This document shows, piece by piece, positions 1-11,025 of a stretch of 40,175 bases of DNA. A model generated the notes under the pieces. It did no database searches and had not been told where the DNA came from. It saw only the letters and a list, made by a program, of their open reading frames with translations. This DNA comes from Nemertoderma westbladi (lineage: Eukaryota > Animalia > Xenacoelomorpha): positions 1 through 40,175 of the forward strand of contig JAUCBJ010004542.1 of NCBI GenBank assembly GCA_032718475.1. Direction: 5' to 3'. Each line of letters begins with the position of its first letter. Position 1 is the first letter of the stretch. Both the position numbers and the translations under genes were made by a program.

Positions 1-480
1 GGGGGGGGGAACTGGCCAGCAAAGGCAAACGTATCAGTTATCCCACAAAAGCTTTTACACCAGGTTCGAGGTTTATAAAACACATTTCCCACTTATAAGG
101 TAATAAATAGAGTAATAATCTAATTTTTTCCTTCCATTTTATATAAAACTATAGCTGTGAAACAGACATTTGGCACTTTGAATTGATTTGTATACGTTTC
201 TATGGTCGTACAGTTAGTACTTGTCAAAACCATAATATCGGAAGCAAATAATAGACGTGATAGAAATGTGTGCTGTAACGTTTTGTTTGATGTTGGCTAT
301 ATGTTAGTTATGTTTGCTCCAGCACAGGCATGGGAAAAATACTGATATGAGGCATTTGGTTTCTTTGTGTGGGGGAAGGGGGGGGGGGGGGGGGGGGTTA
401 AAATATAAGAACGAGCACGAATTTGACTAGTATTAACACAAATGATGACTATTAACATGGGAAAATGATCATTTTTGACA

Positions 481-569
481 TAATTTTTTCTATTCGCATA
501 TCACACAGCTTATTAATTTTTTCTATTCGCATATCACACAGCTTATTAATTTTTTCTATTCGCATATCA
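481..569. repeat. 33-bp tandem repeat, ~2.7 copies
   Basis: TAATTTTTTCTATTCGCATATCACACAGCTTAT starts at 481, 514 and 547 (last copy partial). Confidence 0.9.
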
Positions 570-3500
570 TGTATCGTGTTTCAGTACTATTGTTAGTGAC
601 GTGAGTGCGAGCGAATAATTATAAATTCCTAAAGAATGTAAATACTGTGTAGTTTCATGCCCACTCATTGTAATTAGTATAAGTCATAGCTCTGCGTGGT
701 ATTTAAGCGCGCAGCACCTGAAAGGAACTGTTGGTATTTCACTGAAAATAAGCCTAGTTTTTGGAGATTATATAGTAAAGATCAATTGAATAATACAAAG
801 TAGCCTACATCTCTCTCTGCCATAGAATCCAGTCTCCAATAAAGAATAAGTCATATACCACGTAGTTTGAAACGCGTAGTAACTAATAATTTCGGAATCT
901 TCATCTACTGTAGTTTATTTTAGATCTGATGGGGGTCTGTCAGCATTTCTGTTTGTGTTTTATTTAAATAATCTGTCAAGGTAGCGTAATACTTATTATT
1001 CAGAGTTTATGCAAGTAATTTGCAACCTTTATGTCCTTAAGTTTATTCCTGCAATAATTCTGCTAAGTTGTACAGTACATGTACATACCGTAATAGTTAA
1101 ATTAACCCCATTACTACTTCAGGACTGCTTGGCCTGGACAGACTGGTGATTGCTTGAGCATTGTATGAATAAGACCAAATACTCCGGTTACTCTGGCAGA
1201 TGCTGTGGTTCTTTTAGCTGTTCAAGTATATTTAACTGTGAGTTATATGTTATACAAGTGTTCGTATCTAACTAGGGTTTAGAATACAACACTTTCCTGA
1301 AATTTAATTTAGTGTGTACGCAGTAGGTGTATATTTGTGTTGTAAAGTGGTTAATAGGTCCGTGAGCGTAGGCTACGATAATTAACTTCTAGGTATAGGA
1401 CACTCAGGGTACATTTGTTTATAGTGTAAACTATAAGCTGTCAGACGGTGGCATCTCCTTATCTGGACAACCGAATTATTGAATGCTACTACTGTATATT
1501 GGTTTCAAAATTCCGTAAAACACCGTAAGAACCAGAAATTCAAAGTTCTGGTTAGTAAAATTCTTGTTAAATTTACCCTTAAAATTGTACGTGTAACTTG
1601 GTTTATTGTTTATTTAAAGATTGTGTAATCTCAACCCGTCGTATGTATTTAAGTAATTTCGTAGTGATAAGTAACTTAGTCAGTAGAAATTATTATTATT
1701 TAGTGTCTATAAACTCTCCCTAAGGAGTGTTTACCATCCGTACTGTGACCTCTGACCGAGTAAGAACAATAATTTAGTGTGGCTTATAATCCTCTGAACA
1801 TCTGGATTAATATTGATCAAACCCGCTATGGATATATACTGTATATATACATATAATAATATTTTAAGAAGAAATTTAATCTGAAGTAGAATTAATGAGG
1901 ATTTCTAAACGGTTTATCGACATAGTAATCACATGTACAGTACTTGGGATCTGGCTATGTGGAAGTTTAAACAATGTGGATTATTGGGTTCTAAGAGGGA
2001 CTGTTGAAGTAGGCCTACTGAATACTGTACTGTAGGCCATATCTTTACAAAGTACAGTACTGTGTGATTATACAGTAATAATAATTAATAATTTATAGAC
2101 ATTTACTCAAACAGTAACAACAGGCAGGGAATCTCACTGTATAGAATATTCAATACTACACGCTGACATAATCAAAGCAAACTTCATTTTTCCTACTTGA
2201 AAATTTTGATAGGTAATTAAGCAATTTCTTATTCATACAGTATATTAGTAATTCAGTTGTAAAATCACCTGCGGGTATATTCAGTACATAATTCAAATAA
2301 GCAGGTGCTACAGTATAGCTGCCAGTTTTTTTTGCCCTGGTCAATATAATTTCTTATTCTTTGAGTCACTTCCCATAATTTAAAATGTTTAGAGATAATT
2401 AAATTTTGCGCAATAATTAACTCTATATGTACAGTATATGTGCCTATTTGTATTACGGCTTGTCTACAGCTATGTACCTATACCTACCTTACGGCATTAC
2501 GGATATAAAAGACAGTACCGCTAGGTAGGCCCTACACATATATGTATGTATTGTAAGGCGGTACAGTAAGTCTATACTATACATCTGACTGTTGTAAGTA
2601 CAGTAGTACGTACTGTACAGTAGGTGTCTAGGAAGCTTTCAAAGGAGATTACAACAGGTATAACTTATCTTTCAGATTTTGAAAAGCTCCCCTTTGAAGA
2701 GGCAGCAGATTTAGTTTATAAATTATTTCAATTATATTAAGGGAGGGTATACCCCCCCTTAATGTGTCAGCCGAGGACAAACTTATTTTAGTAGATACTT
2801 ATTATTTTATCGACGATATCAATATTAGTATTTATTTGAATATATATTTATTTTGACAACTTTGATATAGACAAATTTATTAGTAGCAGGTAGTGTTCGC
2901 GCTTTCAGACCTTTAGCAGTTTAACCTGCCAATTTTAGTTGTCCTCTTGTTTATAAATCGACTTTAGCCTATAACAATTATTTAGTACACATGAAGTAAC
3001 ATTAGCCGAAGCCAGTCTATGCGCGATCATTCACCCACTGTTAAGGGAGACTGGATTCGGGTGCTTTGAAATTTATTGCGGTGCAGACCTACTGTATTAT
3101 TCGATTGATCGTTAATATATAATTTCTGAGAATATTATTCACTTTCGGGGAAATATTAACAGTTCCTTTAGGACGTGGCGCTTTAAGTATATAAAACAGA
3201 GTTATGACTTATACTAAACACAACGAGATTGGTACTGAGTTTCGTAAATATCGCATTCTTTAGGAGATGCTTTATTATCTGTCACACTACTTCACACGAC
3301 TTCACACTACTTCACACTGATCTGCCGACCGTCACTGAATTTGATCATATATAAGGAGGATAGCAACTGACACATGTAGGGATTATGAAGTAGCATTTAA
3401 TTCACACAAAAACCACTATAATGTAAGTCGCAATTGCTACAGGTAACCGGTCCCTCTTACCTTCAGTAATCAAGAAGATTGGGGGTTTTATGATTATTTA

Positions 3501-4679
3501 TCGGTATTCTCCAAATATAACAACATTGTACTGTAATACAATAATTGTAATACAATGATTGAATTCATCTGTTGGTGTGACTACGAGGAAATTTCGACTG
3601 TTTACTGGTGTACTGACTCAATAGGCCTATAGCATACAGTCTGCACGGTGGGACGATCAATCTGCATTCCTTGTCGCGTTCTCGACTTTAGACTACTCCT
3701 ACTCAGTCGGGGCTCGGTACCACGTCCACCCCAGGGACTGTCCCACCGTAGCGGTGGGCGGCGGCGTTGCGTTTGAGGCCATCTGTGACCAACTTGATTT
3801 CTCAGGTCGGTGGGAGGGCGGTCCGACAGCCGCGGAGCGAGGTTTGTTCTTTCTCATCCAACTCGATCATCGCATCTCAATCATCCTCTTAATCACCATC
3901 CCAATCAGCCATCTACCCACCGGCTAATCAGCCCACAGTGAGCTGCCATTGTCTGATTGTTAACTGTCAATTCTCTTAATTACTTTAATTCATTATTAAA
4001 TTCATTATTAATTTCATATTTATATCCGCTTGTATTAGCTGTTATCTCAAATCCACTCACATTTAAAATCTACCACCATTCCTGCTACAGCCAACTAATT
4101 CTGGCTCAATTTCATTTTCACCATAATTACCATTATGTATGTATGTATGTATTATCATCATGATCAGCTTGTCGTTTTATTTCTGTTATGTATGTGCCAT
4201 ATGTGTGTGTGTCTGGTGTCTTGTCTATGTTGTGCTGTATTGTTTTGTTTGACTGCCCTTATTCTCAGCCTGTCAATCAATTCCTATTTCTCATTAGTAT
4301 TTCATATCACAGCTGCCTGCAAACTGATCATCCTACCCCATCAGCTTCAGTTTAATTTAACCATAAATTGTCTGTTGGACTTTCTCTAATCACATAACAA
4401 CAATTAATTTAATTAATTAATCACATAATCGTGTTATCTTCACTTTACTGTTGATCAATCAATTATTGTACATTGTGTGTGATACATTACTTACTTATCT
4501 GTAGATACGATTTTACCCAGTCTAGGTTTCACCAATATTTTATATCCCCCCCCCCCCCCCATTCCAACCATGAACACCAATAATGATTTGATCTATCAGA
4601 AAGCATTCTTCGAAACGACCAACCTCCTACCTCGGAAAAGTCATACTTATTAGCCGGTGTCCCCCTAGCAGAACACCAT

Positions 4680-5200
4680 TTGAATACACTTAGTAACCGG
4701 GAAGGTTGGCTATCTGACAGCCTGATAGACGCCATTATCAGTCATTTCTGTAATCAGTTTCACGGTAGGGCAAAGATCTTTAGTTCCCATTTTTTGAATA
4801 TATTTTCGGACCGGGGATCTCACATAACTCAACGCCAAACAAATACTGGTATATTGGACTATGATTTCCTGTTTTTCGCAGTAAATATTAAAGGGTTTCA
4901 CTGGGCTCTGGCCGTTGTACGACCGAAAGCTGGATTGATCCACTACTTTGATTCTCTTAAGTGGGCTAACCCAGGTATACTTAATGCTATTCAACAATGG
5001 ACTTCATTTGAGGCTTCTAGAAGCAACATCTCCCCTATAAAATTCATCGTAAAGCAGCTACCACACAGGCTTCAATACAATAGCTATGAGTGCGGAATTT
5101 ATGTATGTAGGTTCGCCAAGATGTTCCTTGATAACGGATCCCTTGATGGTATCAATGATAAATCCATTCATGACTTTCGAATTTGGTTATCTTTAATGGT
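4680..5200 (+). CDS. Ulp1/SENP-like (C48) cysteine protease domain of the retroelement ORF
   Basis: GWLSDSLID, FSSHF, FFAVNIKGFHWALAVV (His), IHYFDSL (Asp), LQYNSYECGIYVC (oxyanion Gln + Cys): the full C48 motif set in order. Confidence 0.9.
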
Positions 5201-6010
5201 CAGGTCATCAGTCACCATAGTCCAGCCAGCATTATCCCCCAAATCTCCCAATATCGGTGCTAACGTCCCAGTTCCTACCACCAATGCCACCCCAAAGCCC
5301 AGTTCCAAGTGCCAAGTTCCTATCCCAGCAACCCCCACCCTTCCTCCCACCATAGAATCCAACCATCCCCCATCCCTGTTCCTCACCAAGTTCATACAGT
5401 GCCAAAACAAGCTTCCAATCCTGTTCCCAACGAGATCCCTAGTCTGTCTCCAAACAAAGTCCACCCCCAAGTTCCCCTCCAATTTCCAAACCCGACTAAA
5501 GCACCACCACCAAGCTTTACAAAGACTGTCAATCCGCAGGAATCGATATTTAGTACTTTTGGGGGTACAGACCCCTCCTTGCCAGTAAACACTGAACCCC
5601 AAATTCTCTCCCAAACTGTGTTTCCAGCAACCACATCTCATCCCCCACCATTCGATTCACCATTAACTTCACTTGAACCAATACAGTGTGAACCTGCCAA
5701 CACAACAAACCATTCCCAAATGGTTTCACCAACAGACGTTTGCCCCGCTCAGCTCCCAGGAAACCCACAACAGACCCACTCGGTTTCTGCTGACCCCATT
5801 TTTGATCCCGATGGTACATACGAGCAACTTTCGCCAATTACAGCATCCCAGCCTCCTCCTGCATCTAACCTTTCACCAACCAATGCCAAAGCACCAGCAC
5901 CAACACTACCCAACAATTTATACACGGTCACACAGCCCTTAGAATCACAATCATCACTATCCAACAACCAGCTCCCCAGTAGCTCATCCCTGTCCTCCAG
6001 TACTCCCAAC

Positions 6011-6160
6011 TGCCCTGTCTGCAACACTCCATTCAGACGGAAATGGCTAATCCAATGCAGTTCATGCCTGAAACAGTTCCATGGATCTTGTGTGTCCCTT
6101 ACCAAAAAGGCCCTTAACAAGGACCCTTCCCAAATCCCTCTTTGGCAATGCAGGCATTGC
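6011..6160 (+). CDS. PHD finger (C4HC3) within the retroelement ORF
   Basis: CPVC...WLIQCSSCLKQFHGSCV...WQCRHC. Confidence 0.9.
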
Positions 6161-6819
6161 AAGCAGATACCCAATCTTATCAATAAGGAAGGTGAGGCAC
6201 ACCTCCCACCCCTACCTGTTCTCAAAGACATTACTTCTGATTCCTTCCTTTGTGTGTTTGATGTCCTATCCCGGATCAGGACCCTCAATCGTATTCCACG
6301 TGGTGCCAGACTCAGAGCAGCAGCAACGTATACGCACCTTTGTGATGCACTCGCACTTGACAACAGCCCAGAAAATTGGCTCAGACTTCTTGCATTCCCT
6401 TTTGCACTTCGAGTTCCTTCACAAGGCCATCACCTGAGGAGAGGTCCTAAGGCAAGAGGACAACCTTTAAAATCACTTACTACTAAAGTTAAGGAACAAA
6501 TTGCGGAGTTCGAGGACCTAGCTAAATCTACAGAGCCTTTCACCCTTCCACACCAGAGCCAGCCAACAGGGCATTCGGAAAGTAAATCGAAGCTGACCAA
6601 TCCCGACAGCCAAGTAGGAAAATTAATATCAGCAAAGATCGAAGAAGGTAATGTTAAGGCGGCAGCTCACTTAGCCACAACCACAATTGCACCTCCGACT
6701 GATGAAACCCTAAGAGCCCTACAGTCTCTCCACCCAACCCGCCCAGCTGAGGACCTTGAGGGAGTACCCTCGATTGAGGAAGCAGAAGTACCCCTACTTG
6801 AACTCTCATATCCACAAAT

Positions 6820-7720
6820 CTTGAAGTCAATTAGGTTCTTCCCAAATGGATCTGCAGCAGGACCTGATAACTGGTTCTTCAAGGATATGGTATCTTCACC
6901 AGCAGGTGATGGTGCCTTGAGTTGTCTCAAAGCCACTACTGCAGTGGCCAACCTAATAATTAAAGGCGTAGTGCACGAGGTAGTTCTCCCATTCCTTTAC
7001 GGCGCTCGGCTCTGTGCCTTCACAAAGCCATTAGGGGGTATCCGGCCGATTGCAGTAGGTTGCACCTTACGCCGTCTCACAGCCAAGACAGGCTGTCATT
7101 CAGCCGCCCAAGAATCCGGACTTAAACTAGGTCCCCACCAGCTTGGATTCAGGACACCACGAGGCGCCGAGGCAGCGGTCCATGCTTCAAGGCGATTCTT
7201 GAGCGAGTCCACCGACGAGGTGATCATGGTGAAGATAGACTTCTCTAATGCCTTTAACAGCGTTCACAGAGGGCCTGTCCTGAGGTCGGTACTTAATAAC
7301 CTCCCACCCCTCTACAACCTCGCATACCAGTCGTATTCCAAACCAACTCACCTATTCTATAGAGGCTCTATAATCCCGTCACATAATGGGGTGCAGCAGG
7401 GTGATCCCCTTGCATCCCTTTTCTTTAGCAGCGATACAATTGAGCTGGTTGACAGTCTTGAATCTCCACTGAATGTGTGGTTTCTCGACGACGGATAATT
7501 GGGAGGGACAGTCGAGGAGGTCGGAGTCGACTTGAGGAGAATCATCGAGGAGGCTGCCAAGTTGGGCCTAGTGATCAAGGCATCAAAGTGTGAAATGATA
7601 TTCGGTAAGCACTTCCCCGACAGTCTCAAGGATGCAACTTCTAGCTTATTCGAATCCATCACCCCAGGCATTAAGGTTCAGGAGCTTTCGGAATCGTCAC
7701 CACTCGGTGATTCGTCCCTA
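6820..7720 (+). CDS. Reverse transcriptase domain (CRE type), with internal stop; limits approximate
   Basis: GSAAGPD, GGIRPIAVGCTLRRLTAK, QLGFRTPRGAEAAVH, KIDFSNAFNSV, GVQQGDPLA, WFLDDG*, then KLGLVIKASKCE. Confidence 0.92.
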
Positions 7721-8269
7721 GAGACTGCGCTACAGACCAAGATATCTGAACTCGGTAGACTAGAAGAGCGTCTTCAGCTTCTGAGTGCACACGATGCCCT
7801 CTATCTGCTTAGGCACTGCTTTGCAATCCCTAAGTTTATGTACCTCCTACGTTGTGCACCAGCCTTCAGATCGCACCAGCTGGATGATCTCGACCGAGCC
7901 ATCCAGCAAGCACTTGAAGTAGCAATCAACACAAAACTCAACAAGGATGCTTGGATCCAATCATCTCTTCCCATTTCTATGGGGGGCCTGGGAGTTCTGG
8001 AGTACGAGGGACGTCACTATACCTGCCTTCTTGGCTTCTGTCTACGGATGCAGTCCCCTACTCCATTCTTTCTTGCCCGCCAGTTTGATTAGCATTGAAG
8101 ATCCACTCCTCTGCATTGCGATTGACAACCTTCCCAAAGACTTCATGCCACCTCCCAACCGTGCCATTCAGAGGAACTGGGACACCCCACCTTGCATAGA
8201 ACGCCGTGATGACCTCATCAATCGAACATCAACTCCAAAGGATAGGGCACGACTGCTAGCGACGAGAGC

Positions 8270-8969
8270 GGATCATTCTGGCGACTGGCTGCAGGCACTC
8301 CCAGTATCAGCGCTAGGACTTAGGCTCAACGACGATGAGCTACGCACAGGAGTCGCCCTCCGCCTCGGTAGCCCCATATGTGAAGAGCATTCCTGTAGAG
8401 GTTGTGGGGTGTTGGTGGACAGGAGTGGAACCCATGGCCTCAGCTGTCTCCATAATTATGGAAAATACACCCGTCATGCTGAGGCCAATGACATAATACA
8501 CCGAGCCCTCTCATCAGCAGGTGTTTCCTCCACACTAGAGCCCCGCGGCCTAGCCATAGATGGCAAGAAACCAGACGGAGTGACATTGGGCCCCTGGTCT
8601 TCAGGCCGCCCACTAGTCTGGGACTACACCTGTCGTGATACATTGGCCCAAACGTATCTACCAGCCACATCCCAGGAAGCAGGAACAGCAGCAACCATCA
8701 CCGAATCAACCAAAGGGACTAAGTATTCAGCCCTGCAACACGACTATATATTCCGTACCATTGCGACTGAAACCCTGGGACTGGTAGGAGTCGAAGGCAC
8801 TGAAACACTTCGCGAAATAGGGCGCAGGATCAGCAATCGGACAGGGGAACCCCGTTCCACTGCATACCTGTTTCAACACCTTTCAATAGCCACCATCCGA
8901 GGGAATGCAGTAGCAGTTCTTGGCACCCTCCCCAGTCAGGCTAGCTTGGACGAGGTCTTCCTTATCTGA
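8270..8969 (+). CDS. CCHC zinc knuckle and PD-(D/E)xK restriction-like endonuclease
   Basis: CRGCGVLVDRSGTHGLSC, TRHAEAN, KKPDGVTLGPW, LVWDYTC, KGTKY, IATETLG, IRGNA. Confidence 0.9.
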
Positions 8970-9752
8970 AACCTCCTTCACTCCGTCTATCGTTCTCTAC
9001 CACCACCTAGTCTCTTAATCTCTATTCTTGTCCCCACCGAGCCAATCAGTCAGTCTCCGGTCGCCATTCTCATTGTAATTCTTCTGACATCATTAAGTTA
9101 TTTATATACTAATCAAATGAAAATTTGTTATTTAATTACATGTATTATATATAAGGTTTTATCAGTTTTATATATTTATAACGTCGTTTTATTAGATTAA
9201 TAATGCTTTGGACAGTGTAGTTTATATCCAACAGTTTGTATTACAGTACGTAGTGTTTCAATTATTTGTGTTTTTGTGGTTCGCTATATCAATTATTTTA
9301 CTGTCAATAAACTTGACAATGATTAAATGTAAAAAAAAACAACATATCCATCAATATACAACAATTAATAACAGACAGTAAACAGAAGTAAAATAATGCG
9401 GTGAAAGTCAGTATGTCGGTAGGTGATCGGTAGTACCGCAGTGTTGCTCAGTAATGCGTTGCAGGTGATCGGCCAGATAATAGATTTACGTTCTTGTAAT
9501 CAAAGCCATCTAATGTTTGGCCAAAGTCTGAAACTTCTACAGAAGCACAGAAGAATTCTAAGCCGGTGTTCTGAGGCTCAGAAAAGGTAAACAAAGACCG
9601 TAATGCATTGCGCGGTTTTCCGTAGGCCCTTGTCCAACATAAAATGAAATTGCTCTGATTGGCTGAGCAGAACAAAGAAAGGTTCCACATTTACAGTAAA
9701 TCAGCTGACAGATTTCGTCATCTGAGTTCCAGTCTTTTAGAGTATTAGGCGC

Positions 9753-9897
9753 ATTGCGGCAAATAATGACTTGTTATGTCCGCTAAAGCACCTACACGGT
9801 ACATTGCGGAGAAAATGACTTGTTATGTCCGCTAAAGCACCTACACGGTATATTGCGGAGAAAAATGACTTGTTATGTCCGCAAAAGCTTTTACAGG
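9753..9897. repeat. ~50-bp tandem repeat, 3 copies
   Basis: ATTGCGG...AATGACTTGTTATGTCCGC(T/A)AAAGC units start at 9753, 9803 and 9852. Confidence 0.9.
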
Positions 9898-9898
9898 T

Positions 9899-10346
9899 AG
9901 GGTGAGTGAGGGAGACTTGAACTCCAAAAGTTTTAATCACTCTAAAGAACAGATAAATAAATTTTTCAATGCCGTTTTAACTTTTTCACATTACATTTAT
10001 GATTGCTATCATTATGTGAGAGTTTGAGAATTTCAACTCTTAACCTTTTTTAATAAAAGCAATTATTCGTATTTTCGAAAAAGCGTCAAGTCTCTCTCAA
10101 TGGGGAGAGACTTGACACGTAGGGTGGGAGACTTGAACCCCACCTCGCATACTTGTAAATTCGTTCAAAAACGCAGAAGAAGTGTAATAATTACATGTTC
10201 AACATGTCTATTTTCTAGTAGAGGAAAAAAAATTCAAAAAAGTGTGCCGGTCAACTAGTTGGAGTGCTTTGGTGTAATGGTTCTCTACGTGGGTGTATCT
10301 CTAGGTAGACGTCAGCATTGGAGGCTTCAAGTCTCCCTCACTACGG
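9899..10346. mobile_element. Non-autonomous TIR element (MITE), possibly pogo/Tc1-mariner related
   Basis: Perfect 17-bp inverted pair AGTGAGGGAGACTTGAA (9905-9921) / TTCAAGTCTCCCTCACT (10326-10342). The same GAGACTTGA motif recurs internally as a palindrome (10085-10116) and at 10126-10138. No clear TSD. Confidence 0.6.
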
Positions 10347-10701
10347 AAGCCCGAAGTGGCCAGACAACCACACACACAACTAGACAAACACACACACATC
10401 ATTTTTCATTTTGGGGTGTTGGTGTGGTTGTCCCTGCACTAAGTGCTCCAAAGAGGCCAACCATTCATTGGTTCGATTTTGACATTTTGTTATTGTTATT
10501 AGTAGGGGGGAATTTGAAATTTAATGAAATTCTATCAACCTATTGTTGATATTGCAGTAGGCCCTACTGGTATTGGTTTTATATTACAGTATTGTATGTA
10601 CAGATGTACGTAATTACCGGTTCCGGTGTCTATGGTCTACCCTGCAGATACTAAAACTACAGTAATACTGTAATTTTTGTTTGTTATTCCGATTTCTCGT
10701 T

Positions 10702-10884
10702 ATGTTTTGTACTCAGTGTGGAGTAAATCTCGTCGATTCTGCGAAATTCTGTCACCAATGTGGAACGAAAGTTGTAGGTACCGGCAATGAATCATTTACA
10801 GGTGCTGCTACCGGTACTACTAGCGGCGGCAGGGGCAGCTCTACTTATCAATCATCACCCATGTCGTTTTCCGAATATCTCTGA
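10702..10884 (+). pseudogene. Short ORF with N-terminal double zinc ribbon, probably a truncated transposon accessory gene
   Basis: MFCTQCGVNLVDSAKFCHQCGTKV (CxxC-x11-CxxC) followed by a low-complexity linker; ends shortly before the BEL fragment. Confidence 0.55.
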
Positions 10885-11025
10885 ACCAAGAAACGAGGAC
10901 ATACTGTATCGCTGTCAATGATATTAGGCTACTGATAGGAAACAATTTTCCGTAGCCTCAGGATTTATTTGTCTTAAAATTTTTTGAACGATACGTCGGG
11001 GAATACTGAATCCCTTGACCCTCAG

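Larger units (their letters stand above)
4570..8969 (+). pseudogene. Disrupted polyprotein ORF of the CRE element (Ulp1-PHD-RT-CCHC-RLE)
   Basis: ORFs 4680-5588, 5309-7498, 7499-8092 and 7947-8969 join into one protein via frameshifts at ~5320 and ~8000 and a TAA at 7496-7498 right after WFLDDG. A probable start ATG at 4570 needs one more frameshift near 4587. Confidence 0.85.
3527..9337 (+). mobile_element. CRE-clade (RLE-type) non-LTR retrotransposon, near full length; boundaries tentative
   Basis: Internal ORFs give RT + CCHC + RLE with motifs typical of metazoan CRE elements. GC-rich 5' leader at ~3640-3950; AATAAA at ~9306 and A9 at 9331-9339; candidate TSD AACAACAT at 3519-3526 and 9338-9345. 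The element could instead end near 9150. Confidence 0.85.

Noticed and set aside
1100-2720. Possible host exons (AG/GT-bounded stretches near 1122-1207 and 2624-2715; ORF 2156-2344)
   Set aside because: No recognisable protein or consistent frame; cannot be excluded without RNA-seq.
3640-3950. HDV-like or hammerhead ribozyme call
   Set aside because: Could not assemble the P1-P4 pseudoknot or a CUGAUGA..GAAA core by eye; kept only as a structured-leader finding.
4680-5588. Host SENP/Ulp1 gene
   Set aside because: Intronless, and overlaps and runs into the PHD-RT frame; better explained as part of the retroelement.
4529-8694. Antisense and alternate-frame ORFs over the CRE element
   Set aside because: Shadows of a relatively GC-rich coding strand, with no recognisable motifs.
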